A DNA stretch of 63,710 nucleotides, filler included, from Octopus bimaculoides (lineage: Eukaryota), in the NCBI RefSeq assembly GCF_001194135.2. It is 6 parts of 5 records of this genome, joined end to end, with 100 filler letters (N's around TTAATTAATTAA, not from the genome) between each part and the next. Parts side by side here need not be neighbours in the genome. Positions count along the whole stretch, not along the records: positions 14,603 to 43,153 come from NC_068981.1; positions 43,254 to 47,164 come from NC_069002.1; positions 47,265 to 52,013 come from NC_068999.1; 3 more parts are not named here. One strand, given 5' to 3'. The notes under the pieces are model-generated. The model ran no database searches. It was not told the DNA's origin and saw only the letters and a program-made list of their open reading frames with translations. A program made the position numbers and the translations under genes. Below are positions 35,239-48,094 of the stretch, piece after piece; within the stretch, counting starts at the first letter, position 1; each line of letters starts with the position of its first letter.

Positions 35239-35396
35239 GACGGGCTTCTTTCAGTTTCCGTCTACCAAATCCACTCACAAGACTTTGGTCGGCCCGAGGC
35301 TATAGTAGAAGACACTTGCCCAAGGTGCCACGCAGTGGGACTGAACCCGGAACTATGTGGTTGGTAAGCAAGCTACTTACCACACAGCTACTCCTG
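34988..35396 (-). mobile_element. Full CORE-type bipartite SINE with internal microsatellite
   Basis: 3' half (tactcttttacttgtttcagtc...) + (CA)/(TA) tract + 5' head. Confidence 0.9.
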
Positions 35397-35743
35397 GTGA
35401 TGATGATGGTGGTGATGATAATGGTGGTGATGATAATGGTGGTGGTGGTAGTGTGCGTGTCTATGTGTGTGTCTCCTCATCTTGACATCCCATGAGATGT
35501 CAAGTAGTACATGAGTGTCACTCTCATACAAGCAGTGTCAGGTTTTACCAAAATTCTGTGAAATCATGGCAACAGTTGACCTTGGCCTGATTTGAACTCA
35601 GAACATAAAGAGCCACAACTCAGGTTTTGATGGAACTCCTGGAATCTTGCATGAGTAGCGTGCTTGCTACCTGCCGCCAACAAGTACGATGCTATTTATT
35701 CTCTTCAACTATTTAATACTTTCGTGATGATTGTGGCTGTTTA

Positions 35744-35774
<31 letters not shown>

Positions 35775-35835
35775 CATTATAGAGAACACAGATTTCGTGG
35801 TAAGATGGATTGATGTCTATTTTTAGGATACAAGG

Positions 35836-36004
35836 GATGCAGCCATGGGTGTGTTGGAAGTAGCTTGCTTACCAACCACATGGTTCTGGGTTCAGTCCCA
35901 CTGTATGGCGCCTTGGGCCAGTGTCTTCTACTATAGCCTCGGGCCGACCAAAGCCTTGTGAGTAGATTTGGTAGATGGAAACTGAAAGAAGCCCGTCGTA
36001 TATA

Positions 36005-36073
<69 letters not shown>

Positions 36074-36280
36074 GTTTGTGTGTCTATATTTGTCCCCCCA
36101 ACTTTGCTTGACAACCGATGGTGGTGTGTTTACGTCCCCGTAACTTAGCGGTTCGGCAAAAGAGACCGATAGAATAAGTACTAGGCTTACAAAGAATAAG
36201 TCCTGGGGTCGATTTGTTTGACTAAAGGTGGTGCTCCAGCATGACCACAGTCAAATGACTGAAACAAATAAAAGAATAGC
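35836..36280 (+). mobile_element. Full CORE-type bipartite SINE with internal (TA)n
   Basis: Head aaccacatggttctgggttcagtccc...gaagcccgtcg, (TA)n, 3' half ending gactgaaacaaataaaagaa. Confidence 0.9.
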
Positions 36281-36298
36281 AGTCTGTCCTATTGCTTA

Positions 36299-36329
<31 letters not shown>

Positions 36330-36541
36330 GTTATCATTATTAATTTTTAATCAGCAGAAAACTTACAAAAGTAACTCAAAGGCTGAGAGTTTTGTACCTG
36401 GTACGTGTGTGTCTTTGTGTGTGTGTGTGTGTGCGTGTGCGTGCATACTAATACTTTCAACTGGAAGAACATCTGACCACAGAAAATGCCTCGACTACTC
36501 TGTCAGACTTATGCAAACATGGAAAACTAGACATTAAAACA

Positions 36542-36573
<32 letters not shown>

Positions 36574-36884
36574 GGTATTGATGATGATATATAAATGTAT
36601 GTCAATGTGTTCAGCTCAATTTATGTTCTCACAAGTCCAAAAATAACCAATGTTGTCTGGGTTGTTCACCCCTGCCGCCACCATTTTACGTCCCATAACT
36701 TAGCGGTTTGACAACTAGAGATTGATTACATAACAAACAAACTCAAAGAAGCACTAAGGGCAATACTACTATTGACTAAACCCTTGGCGGTAGTGCCCCA
36801 GCATGGGCACAACCAAATGACAGAAACCAGTAAAGAGGGTGAAATGATTAAAGAAACTGTTCCGAGCCAAAAGAAATTAATAAG

Positions 36885-37230
36885 CACGGTTGTGTGGTAA
36901 GAAGTTTGCTTCTCAACCACATGGCTCCAGGTTCAGTACCACCGTATGGCACTTGGGGCAACCAAAACCTTGCAAGATGGAAACTGAAAGAAGCCCATTG
37001 TATGTGTGTGTGTGTGTGCACGTGTATGTGTGTGTGTGTGTTTGAGTATGTGTTTGTCCCCACCATCGTTTGACAACTGGTGTTGGTTTGTTTACATCCC
37101 TATGACTTAACTGTTCATCAAAAGACACCGATAGAATAAGTGCTAAGCTTAAAACAAACAAAAAAAAGCACTGGGGTCAAGATGGTGCCCCAGCATGGCC
37201 ACAGTTCAATGACTGAAATAAAAGATAACC
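36885..37230 (+). mobile_element. Older CORE-type bipartite SINE
   Basis: Same head / (TG)n / 3' half order, more diverged. Confidence 0.75.
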
Positions 37231-38604
37231 AGATAAGCAACTACTACTACTACTACTACTACTACTACAAGAAAGCAAACCAACCTGATGACAGACATCG
37301 GTCCCAGGACGAATGAAGGCAGCTGAACATGGCATAAAATTTTAGTTTTCTGGGATGAAAAGATGGGTGTGAAGAGTACAGCAATGGTTTGAAACGGTAG
37401 TGGTGTTAAAGACAAACAGAGGTGTTAATCCAGTGATCGGGGAGTTCAATCTGAGCTGTAGCATATGTTATAATCCTGCAAATATTTTTGGTGTATTTGG
37501 ATAGAGCCAATGGTCCCCGTTTTTGTTTTTGTTTTTTTTTTATGTGGTAGGTCATGTGATGAACACAGGTACTTGCATATAAGGGTGCAGAGAAGAATAG
37601 GGTACTTGGCAACAGAGAGGAAGAGGAGTATTGAAGACAGGTATGTTGGAAATATGTTGCTGTTATCAAGTAAATTAATGAAATTCTTTCCAGTTTTGAG
37701 ACAAGGGCCTGTTTGGTAACACAAAAAAATCCCTGAAATTTTATCTCTTCGTTTAGGTTGCAGTTGCTGCACATAGGCGTCAGTCTGGTGTTTGTTTGGT
37801 TGTGCAGGCACAGATGCGTATGTCACTGCACCGAAAGGCAGAAAAGATCTCGGCCCAAAACGTCCGACCGGTTGATTGAAGTGTGATGTCAGGTATTAAA
37901 TTAGTTCGTGTTTAACGATGATGATGATGACACAATAACAAGAGAGGGGGGAAGGAAGAGAGAGAGAGAGAGAGAGAGAGTGTGTATATGTAAGGAGGAG
38001 GGAGGGAGAGAGAAATGCAAAGAAGGTGTAAGACATGTGACCTCTGTGATGTCAAATGGTGGAGGAATGTGTTTGCAAGGGAATTTGTGGGACACACTTC
38101 AGAGAGAAGGGAAGGTGGGGAGGACCGTGTGAAAATGTAGTAAAAAAAACACCTGCAGGAACGAAATAAGCCGGTTGGCAACAAACTGTGTTCCATCAGA
38201 GACGTATAAAGACAACTGAGGCAACAGTGACACACAGACACACAGACAGACAGGCAGACAAAACAGTTTAAATTCTATTTTTGTTGTTTCTCTATGCTGT
38301 TGTTGGTAATTTAATAACTGTCAACATTTTTCTCATTATTTAGAATTTCATCATCATCATCATCATCGTTTTAATGTTCACTTTTCCTTGCTTGCATAAA
38401 TCAGATGGAGTTTACTGAGGCAGATTTTCTTCAACCGGATGCCCTTCCTGTCACCAACCCTCACCTGTTTCCAAGCAAGGTCACCACGACTGAAACCATT
38501 TCCCCCCAGAAGACAGGAAATGAACAACACCACTTGTATGACGGTGATGTTTGTTTACAACCATCACATGATGTCATGACAAGGTTACACACACACACAC
38601 AGCC

Positions 38605-38850
38605 GGCTTCTTTTACATTCTTATTTCTTTACTGCCCACAAGGGGCTAAACAGAGGGGACAAACAAGGACAGACAAACGGATTAAGTCAATTATATCGAC
38701 CCCAGTGCATAACTGGTACTTATTTAATTGACCCTGAAAGGATGAAAGGCAAAGTCGACCTCGGCAGAATTTGAACTCAGAACGTAGCGGCAGACAAAAT
38801 ACCGCTAAGCATTTCACCCGCGTGCTAACGTTTCTGCCAGCTCGCCGCCT
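38605..38850 (-). mobile_element. Meta-domain-like SINE, full length
   Basis: Reverse complement of aaggcggcgagctggcagaaacgttagc...gtcgactttgcctttcatcc...gggcagtaaagaaataag. Confidence 0.9.
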
Positions 38851-40160
38851 TCTTTTACTTTCTGTTCACCAAATCCATCCACAAGGCCCAGGGCTATAGC
38901 AGAAGCCACTTGCCCAAGGTGCTGCACAGTGGACCCAGAACCACACGGTTGGGAACCAAGCTCCTCTTGACCATAAAGCCACTTTTTAACAACATCTGAA
39001 GAGACTTGTCAACAAACCATTGCTTGCTACCTGAAGTTCAGAATTTTCTGTCCCATTATTGCTAATCCTTACTACCTGGTTAAATATATACCTCAATCCT
39101 TTGGCATTTAAATTGGCCATATCTACCCCCAAATTTTCTATCCGTTTTATGCTCAGACCAGCCAGATCCAGTCTCTGACACCTACTCTACAATGTCATTC
39201 TAAAAATAAACAGTTATGTTATAGAAATCTCAGAACTACAAGACAACGCATGATAAATTCAAAACAATGTGAATAAATGAATTTAACTTTTGATAGCAAA
39301 ATCTAAATTCTAAAGAGTTAACTGTTTTGATTGCCAACCAATCTAACGCCAGTCCTACCTCTGTGTGGCAAACCAACCTGTTTTAAAGCATTCATTTCTG
39401 AATTAAACTTTCACATCGCAATTTCATATTGAAACTTCTTCATTTTGTCCCCATAAATCATCTTAATTTGAAGGGATTTTTTATAAAATAATTACCCTTT
39501 TTATGTTAACGATCTTACTAAATCCATTCAAATTCTTAATTATTTTCAAAAATAATTGAAATATATTAGGATAGTCCAATTCATCAAAAATAGGGCCTCA
39601 AAATGGCTAAGGGTCTAATTTAGGGGCCTAATGTCTGGTTAGTCACATTCTTTTTCATGCTTTTGATGGTGTTGATGATGGTGGGGAAAAAGTTGGCAAG
39701 GAGGATAATGGCTACAGTAATGATTGTAGTGGTAATGGTGAAGATGATGATGATGATGATGATGATGATTGAAATAATGACAGTATTGGTGATGATGAAC
39801 CTTAATGAATATCAACAAACTCACTGCTATTTATTATCAACAGTGGGAACCATTATAAATCCCGACAGATCTGAACGACCCCCAGATCCAAAAAGAAATG
39901 TTCCTGTTGGGTAAAAATCTTTCAGTTTCCAAAACAATAAAAAACCCCTACATTCCATCCCTTGAACAAAATCAGTTTTAGGGGTTTAATCACAAACTAT
40001 GATTAATTCATGCAGCCCTCAAGCATCCTTCCAGCAGCCCCTGATAGTATTCTTTCTATAAAGGTAATAAATTTTTCTTTGACTTCTGTTTTATTTATTT
40101 ATTTTTTGCAGGGGTGCTGCCTCCTAAACCAGGTTTTGGATCTGGCCTGGATATTAAAAA

Positions 40161-40184
40161 AGGTTGAGAACCACTGCTCTAGAA
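40161..40184. mobile_element. hAT-Charlie-type terminus
   Basis: aggttgagaaccactg (reverse complement CAGTGGTTCTCAACCT) followed by ctctagaa, the Charlie target consensus; left end not identified. Confidence 0.55.
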
Positions 40185-40340
40185 TGTAGCTGTGTGGTTG
40201 AGAAGTTTGCTTCTCAGCCACATGGTTCTAGGTTCAATCCTAGTGTGTGACACCATGGGAAAATGTTTCCTACTATAGCCTTGGGCTGGTCCAAGCCTTT
40301 TGAGTGGATTTGTTGGAGGTGAAAACTGAAAGGAGCCCAT

Positions 40341-40345
<5 letters not shown>
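40185..40345 (+). mobile_element. CORE-type SINE 5' half
   Basis: gctgtgtggttgagaagtttgc...ctactatagcc...gaaaactgaaaggagccc. Confidence 0.8.
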
Positions 40346-40377
<32 letters not shown>

Positions 40378-40417
40378 AAGTTTTTTTCATTCTCTCTCTG
40401 TTTATTTTCTCTTATTC

Positions 40418-40453
40418 CTTTCTGTTGAAGAGCATAGGCTCAAAACGTAAAAG
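40418..40453 (+). ncRNA. Degenerate minimal type I hammerhead ribozyme
   Basis: CTTT CTGTTGA A GAGC-ATAG-GCTC AAAA CGTA AAAG: stems I and II perfect, palindromic ACGT stem III; G12 to A and A6 to T changes. Confidence 0.65.
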
Positions 40454-40854
40454 ACCTTTCCATTTTCCCGAGCGTCAAACTAATACACTGGCTTGTTGTT
40501 CATAAACCTGTCTTCATCTTTTATTTTTCTATAAATTTCAACTACACACACACACATATATATAGTGACAATACTTTCATGTAATGATCATAGGATACAT
40601 TAATTCAAAAATTTTTAAACTGTCATGTTTCATATATTTACATATATTTTTAATACAATACTATTTTAGACATATATATCTTCGTGAGGAATTTTTTTGG
40701 TATCGAATTTCATGCTATTATTTCAAAATACAGAATATATAATCGCTCGTATTAATGTCTAAATACTATATCGCATTAATATTTTTGACATTTTGTACAA
40801 AGTGCACTCATAAATTCAGTGTATAATATTCTAACAGAATACATTTAATTAATC

Positions 40855-40906
<52 letters not shown>

Positions 40907-41064
40907 ATGTATATATATATATATAAAGTGTGCTCATCTGAAACCATGCGTGTTGAATTGAAGTTGTTGCAGCATAAAAGACACATGTTAGCCATTCCAA
41001 AATACAAACACACTTTTAACTTCACTTAAATATTTATTGCTTGTAATGCAGAATCGAAATTTAA

Positions 41065-41245
41065 GGTAAGAGCTGACAGAATCATTAGCAGAATTTCGCT
41101 TGTCTTTATGTTCTGAGTTCAAATCCCGCTGACACCAACTTTGCCTTTCATCCTTTTAGGTACAATAAATACCAGCTGGGTATTGGGGGATCAGTGAGAT
41201 TGACTTAACCCCTCCCCTCAAAATTGCTGGTTTGTGCTAACCTTT
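41065..41245 (+). mobile_element. Old Meta-domain-like SINE
   Basis: ttctgagttcaaatccc...actttgcctttcatcctttt...aaataccagc. Confidence 0.7.
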
Positions 41246-41644
41246 GAAACCAATATCATATTAAAATTTTTGTCACTTGAAACTGTAGCCTGGCCACTGA
41301 TAACTGCCAAAAACAATTTTATGTAGTGATATACTCTGTCATCATCGTCGTCATCACTGTTGGTCAACGTCCACTTTCCCATGCTAGCATGGGTCAGATA
41401 GAATTTGCTGAGGCAGGGGTTTCTTTGGCTGGATACCTTTCCTGCTGCCAACCTTCAATCGTTTCCAAGCAACATAATATTTCCCCTGTGGAAAACTGGA
41501 GACCTACAACATTACTTGTAGGATGTAGATACTCATTTATAGTCATCATGAGAAAACTAAGACAAGGATGCACAAAACTAACTTACAATCTGTCAGTTAT
41601 GATGATGAGTGCTCCAGCTGGAACAGTCTGCTCATGAAACTAAA

Positions 41645-41865
41645 CCCTTTTCATACTGACCCAGCTGAAACCACCCCTGGCTCTGTAGTACAAATGTCTT
41701 GTTTTCATAAGTTTTGAATTAAAATCTTCCATCAAACCTTAGTCACAATTTATGTTCCTAACACTAGCTTAATGACAACTAAGTTATTTTACTAAATTCT
41801 TTGTTATATTTAAAGTAATTGAAAGAAACACAGAGCACCTTAACAGAAATATGGTGACAAAAGGG
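41645..41865. mobile_element. piggyBac-type MITE
   Basis: taaa|CCCTTTT...AAAAGGG|ttaa; TTAA TSD with one mismatch on the left. Confidence 0.7.
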
Positions 41866-41879
41866 TTAACATGTGTAGT

Positions 41880-42080
41880 TTAGAGGTTAGGGCATTTTAC
41901 TATTGATCAGAAGGTCATGAGTTTGATACCTCATGGCACATTGAGTCCTTGAGCAAGACACTTTATTTCACGTTGCTCCAGTTCACTCAGCTAGCAAAAC
42001 TGAGTTGTACCTGTATTTCAAAGGGCCAATGTTGTCACATTCGGTGTCACGCTGGATCTCCCTGAGAACTACATTAAGGA
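41880..42080 (+). mobile_element. Old tRNA-SINE of another family
   Basis: ggttagggc...ggtcatgagtttgatacc head; gtccttgagcaagacactt and ccagttcactcagct core-like blocks. Confidence 0.55.
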
Positions 42081-42124
42081 TAAGTCTGTTTTGTAGGGTA
42101 CACATAAACACACACACACACTCA

Positions 42125-42270
42125 TATACACGACAGGCTTCTTTCACTTTCCATCTACCAAATCTGCTCACTAGGCTTTGGTCAACCCACCATTATCATA
42201 GAAGACACTTAGAAAGATGCTGCACAGTGAGATTGAACCCAAGACCACATGGTTGTGAAGCAATCCTCTA
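42125..42270 (-). mobile_element. CORE-type SINE 5' half
   Basis: acaggcttctttcactttcc...tagaagacactt...ccacatggttg. Confidence 0.7.
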
Positions 42271-43058
42271 ATACTGTTGCTGACAAACTAAAAATTCACA
42301 ATAATCACTTCACAATGTCATAATCGGATTTTCATAATGATTTTCATTTAAATATGAACACATTTTAATAAGGGTAAGCTCAGGATGGGTTGGCATTAAA
42401 AGGAGCTTCCTGTTTCCTCTTACTCATAAAGTCTTAATCCCAGGGTTTGGCTCTTCAGCGCCAATTCAGAAGCTATACAAAAATTAACTCCACATTTAAA
42501 AACCTCTTCTTTTAACAAAGCAATCAAATGTCTCTGTCTTATCATTAGAAGATACCACCTTGTTTCCATACCAACGTGGATATATATATATATGTGGATA
42601 TATATATACATACATGTGTGTGTGTGTGTGTCCTGCAGCCCCCATTTAATCTGGTCATACACACCCTAAAAGTAGGGAAAAGGTAGACATACTTAAACAA
42701 TAGCCTCTGGCTGGGTGGCTGTAAGAAGATGAGATTTAGTAAAGACTAATCCTTCTGGATTCGTACATTATGGCTCACCTAAACAGATGTAATTACTAGA
42801 CAGACTGAATTCAACGAATGGTAGTGGTGAGAGGAGAGCTTTCTTGGGGGTGGGGCAACCTATCCCATAACTAACATCACGTGCGCGTACACACACACAC
42901 ACACATACATACACGTAGACTGGAAAGAAAGATTGAAGAGTGTACAGCTTAAATAACTTGAGATTAAAAATGGGAGGAGCAACATCTTAATGTTTCATCA
43001 GACACACAGACATTGCTGTATCTATGTATGTATGTATATATATGTATATATATGTGTA

Positions 43059-43153
<95 letters not shown>

Positions 43154-43253
43154 NNNNNNNNNNNNNNNNNNNNNNNNNNNNNNNNNNNNNNNNNNNNTTA
43201 ATTAATTAANNNNNNNNNNNNNNNNNNNNNNNNNNNNNNNNNNNNNNNNNNNN
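43154..43253. other. Artificial contig linker
   Basis: N44-TTAATTAATTAA(43198-43209)-N44. Confidence 0.95.
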
Positions 43254-43269
43254 GTGTGTGTGTATGCTT

Positions 43270-43540
43270 TTATTTGTTTCAGCCATTTGAGCGGCCATTT
43301 GAGAGCGGCTATTTGAGCGGCCATTTGAGCGGCCATTTGAGCGGCCATTTGAGAGCGGCCATTTGCGAGCAGCCATTTGAGAGCGGCCTTTAGCCGAGCA
43401 AATCGACCACAGGAATTATTCTTTGTAAGCTTAGTACTCATTTTATCGAGATCTTTTTGCCGGTCAGCTACGTTACGAGGACGTAAACACACCAGCATCG
43501 GCGGTTGTCAAGCGATGTTGGGGGTGGGGACAGACACAAA
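43270..43540 (-). mobile_element. CORE-type SINE 3' half with internal minisatellite
   Basis: ccgagcaaatcgacc...gcttagtactcattttatc...cgtaaacacaccagcatcg family motifs. Confidence 0.8.
43283..43386. repeat. Minisatellite, 8 units of 12/14 bp, CCATTTGA(GA)GCGG
   Basis: Units start at 43283, 43295, 43309, 43321, 43333, 43345, 43359 and 43373. Confidence 0.9.
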
Positions 43541-43893
43541 CACACATACATATACACACACATGCATACATACATACATACCTACATACATACATATATG
43601 TATGTGTGTGTANNNNNNNNNNNNNNNNNNNNNNNNNNNNNNNNNNNNNNNNNNNNNNNNNNNNNNNNNNNNNNNNNNNNNNNNNNNNNNNNNNNNNNNN
43701 NNNNNNNNNNNNCCATGGGTTCGCAAATGTGATTTGAGCCCAGCAAAAGAAAGGCATAGTCCGACATAAACTGTGCACACAGAAAGTTCATTGCAACTCA
43801 CCTTCTCGATCTTAACATTCATCCTTAAATCTTTTTTGAATCTTGCATGCGTTATCCTGGGCTCTTCAAACGCTTTATACACACACAGGTTAA

Positions 43894-43925
<32 letters not shown>

Positions 43926-43991
43926 GTGTGTGTGTGCGCGTGCGTGCGTCCGTGCGTGTGGGTGTGGGNNNNNNNNNNNNNNNNNNNNNNN

Positions 43992-44031
<40 letters not shown>

Positions 44032-44034
44032 TGT

Positions 44035-45854
44035 GTATAAAAAAATCAACCAACTTAAATACTCCCACGTACAACATCCACATTCAACAACAATGAAAAG
44101 GCTGGAGTTGGAAAAACTTCATCTCCAGACCAACATGAAAACCTGCATTGAAAATCAAAGAGCTGCAGAGGAACATTTGGTCCATTGATCGATGATAACG
44201 GTATTCTCCAACACAATGCTAAAGAATTTGGCAGAAGTGCTGCAGAAACAATACTGATCTGTCTTTAGTGATTCCACTGATATTGACGTAAGGGATGTGA
44301 ACAAAGTCGATTCCCAACATATAACCTTGGACATTACATTTACTGCTTCAGGNNNNNNNNNNNNNNNNNNNNNNNNNNNNNNNNNNNNNNNNNNNNNNNN
44401 NNNNNNNNNNNNNNNNNNNNNNNNNNNNNNNNNNNNNNNNNNNNNNNNNNNNNNNNNNNNNNNNNNNNNNNNNNNNNNNNNNNNNNNNNNNNNNNNNNNN
44501 NNNNNNNNNNNNNNNNNNNNNNNNNNNNNNNNNNNNNNNNNNNNNNNNNNNNNNNNNNNNNNNNNNNNNNNNNNNNNNNNNNNNNNNNNNNNNNNNNNNN
44601 NNNNNNNNNNNNNNNNNNNNNNNNNNNNNNNNNNNNNNNNNNNNNNNNNNNNNNNNNNNNNNNNNNNNNNNNNNNNNNNNNNNNNNNNNNNNNNNNNNNN
44701 NNNNNNNNNNNNNNNNNNNNNNNNNNNNNNNNNNNNNNNNNNNNNNNNNNNNNNNNNNNNNNNNATATCTTGACTTCAGTAAAGCGTTCGACAGAGTTGA
44801 CCATAATATCCTACTGACAAATTTGTCAAATGTTGGAATCCGTGGAAAACTACTACACTGGCTTGAGTATTTCCTGGAGAACAGAACACATGTTGTGATC
44901 GGTTGAATCCACTCGAGCCCAACAAAAGTCACCAATGGTTTACCTCAGGGGACTGTCTTGGACCCGCTTCTCTTTATAGTCTATATAAACGACCTTTCCA
45001 GCGTCATTTATAACAGCAAAGTGAAAATATTCGCTGATGACTCTAAGCTCCAGAAAATTACCAATGAAGAAGACCGAAATGAGCTCCAGTCTAATCTACA
45101 CGCTGTGAGTCAATGGGCAGACAAAAACAAAGGGTGACTAAACGAGGGAAATCTGAACTGATGCATTTTGGGTAAAAAAATACTAAAACAGCCATATTCT
45201 CTTCCTTCAGGGGAACCATTCACAACATCAAATAATATTAGAGACCTAGAAGTAATTGTTGACAACAATCTCAGCTGGAGTGCCCACATCAATAATGAAG
45301 TCGATATAGCTCGTAGGAGGAGCACCTCGATCCTAAAAGCATTCCGGTCTTGAGAACAGGATGTCATCATTCCTCTTTTCTCCTCCTCGAATACTGCTTC
45401 CCCCTGTGGTCACCTCACACGAAACAAAACATTTCGAAAATTGAATCAGCCCAGAGGACATTCACTAAAAGAATTAAGGTCATGACTTATCTCGATTATT
45501 GGGACCGCCTTAAAGCATTGAAACTCTATTCTCATTTGTACGATGTGGAGAATACACCACCAGCATTGCCCAAACGACCTCAACTTCAGCTTCAAAATTT
45601 ATCCAAAGTTAGGACAACTTGCCACACGTCACCTACACAATTCAGGATGACAACACATAAATACACTACAACACAATTTCTTTTCCTCAACAGGCCCTAC
45701 CCTATTTAACATTGTCCCAAAAGAGGGAAAGGATCTCATCACCTTTAGACTGAATATGGACAAATTTCTTCAAGGAATACCAGATACGCCACCTATACTG
45801 GGATACAACTTACTAAACAAGAACTCTCTACTTAAATGGACCATAATGCCACAA
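44035..45854 (+). mobile_element. CR1-clade LINE ORF2 fragment
   Basis: YLDFSKAFDRVDHNILL, GLPQGTVLDPLLFIVYINDL, KIFADDSKL and LEYCFPLWSP; stops and an N gap. Confidence 0.88.
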
Positions 45855-46389
45855 NNNNNNNNNNNNNNNNNNNNNNNNNNNNNNNNNNNNNNNNNNNNNN
45901 NNNNNNNNNNNNNNNNNNNNNNNNNNNNNNNNNNNNNNNNNNNNNNNNNNNNNNNNNNNNNNNNNNNNNNNNNNNNNNNNNNNNNNNNNNNNNNNNNNNN
46001 NNNNNNNNNNNNNNNNNNNNNNNNNNNNNNNNNNNNNNNNNNNNNNNNNNNNNNNNNNNNNNNNNNNNNNNNNNNNNNNNNNNNNNNNNNNNNNNNNNNN
46101 NNNNNNNNNNNNNNNNNNNNNNNNNNNNNNNNNNNNNNNNNNNNNNNNNNNNNNNNNNNNNNNNNNNNNNNNNNNNNNNNNNNNNNNNNNNNNNNNNNNN
46201 NNNNNNNNNNNNNNNNNNNNNNNNNNNNNNNNNNNNNNNNNNNNNNNNNNNNNNNNNNNNNNNNNNNNNNNNNNNNNNNNNNNNNNNNNNNNNNNNNNNN
46301 NNNNNNNNNNNNNNNNNNNNNNNNNNNNNNNNNNNNNNNNNNNNNNNNNNNNNNNNNNNNNNNNNNNNNNNNNNNNNNATACGTGTGTG

Positions 46390-46655
46390 TGTAAGAGAGT
46401 GAGAGAGGGTAATGAGAGAGAGAGAGGGTAATGAGAGAGAGAGAGGGTAATGAGAGAGAGAGGGTAATGAGAGAGAGAGAGAGGGTAATGAGAGAGAGAG
46501 AGGGTAATGAGAGAGAGAGAGACTGAGAGAGGGAGACAGAGACAGAGAGGGTGAGATGGAAATGGAGGAGAGAAGGAGGAAGGGAGTGTGTGTGCGTGAG
46601 TGAATAAGATAGAAGGCAGAACGTCAGAGGGTGTCAGAGTGACAGAAAGAAAGAG

Positions 46656-46690
<35 letters not shown>

Positions 46691-46702
46691 GAGAAAGAAA
46701 TA

Positions 46703-46746
<44 letters not shown>

Positions 46747-46780
46747 GAGAAAGAAAGAAAGAATTAAGGAACGAAAGAAA
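46390..46780. repeat. Compound purine satellites: (GA)nGGGTAAT units then (GAAA)n
   Basis: Read directly from the sequence. Confidence 0.9.
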
Positions 46781-47164
46781 GAAACAGAATGAAACTACCA
46801 GAACGGGAAGAGAAAGATACACGGAGAGAGAGAGAGGGAGAGAGACAGACAGAGAGACAGACAGACAGACAGACAGAGAGAAAGAGGGAGAGAGAGAAAA
46901 GGATAGACAGAAAGAGGGGGAGATAGAGGGATACAGAGGAAGAGGAGACAGAGAGAGAGGGAATGGATCGAAGAACGAAATCGGAGTTGTTTTTCAACTC
47001 TCTCTCTCTCACTCTCACTCTTTCTCACTCACTCTCACTCTTTCTCACTCACTCTCCTTTTCTCCACTCTTTCTGTCTGTCTGTCCTCTCTCTCCCTCTC
47101 TCTCCCTCTCTCTTTCTCTTTCTCGCTCAGGCACAACCACACACGCACATATATACACAAGTTT

Positions 47165-47264
47165 NNNNNNNNNNNNNNNNNNNNNNNNNNNNNNNNNNNN
47201 NNNNNNNNTTAATTAATTAANNNNNNNNNNNNNNNNNNNNNNNNNNNNNNNNNNNNNNNNNNNN
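47165..47264. other. Artificial contig linker
   Basis: N44-TTAATTAATTAA(47209-47220)-N44. Confidence 0.95.
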
Positions 47265-47452
47265 ACACACACACACACACACACACACATATATGTTTGT
47301 GTGTCTGTATTTTCCCCCACCATCACCTGACAACCGATGTTAGTGGTTCAGCAAAAGAGACCGATAGAATAAGTACTAAGCTTACACAGAATAAGTCCAT
47401 TTGTTCGACTAAAGTAGGTACTCCAGCATGGCCGTAGTCACACGCACACACA

Positions 47453-47483
<31 letters not shown>

Positions 47484-48094
47484 CATATATACACACATAC
47501 ACATATATTGGTATGTATGTACGTATGTATGTATCTATGTACCTGTGTATGTATGCATTTATGTATACACATGCACACTCGCATGCGCACACACACATAT
47601 GCACCCACACGTGCGCGCGCACAGAAAGGTGTGCATTCAAGAGTATGTGTAACCACAGCAAAAATTTTCAGAAAGCAGAGTGTTAGACGAATGATAAGAA
47701 GTCGACTGGAGGTATTTCAATTTTCTTGAAACATGCTTATAATTAATTGGAACAGTTAATCCACAGAAGGGAGGTAACTCTAAAGGTAAAATTTAAACCA
47801 TGATAAAACTCCAGTTCCGGGATGTTCCAATTAATCGAGGAAATTCTATTTATATTTCCAAAGCTTCATCTATGTCTAAATGTATAGGCAAGTTAACGAA
47901 ATTCATAAGCCAATACAGTATGGCTGTGAGTTAAACAGTATGGCTGTAAGATAAACATGTATAACAGTTTTCGTAAACCATCTTCTTTACAGTTGATATT
48001 TTGACCAAAAGTGACCTGTTCTTAGCTAGAATCCATTGAGTATTGAATATACCCCCGTTAGCACGCTGTTGATTCAATTTTGTTTCATGGTCAT

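Noticed and set aside
43283-43386. Regular short repeats as a CRISPR array
   Set aside because: No unique spacers, units too short, eukaryotic SINE context, no cas genes.
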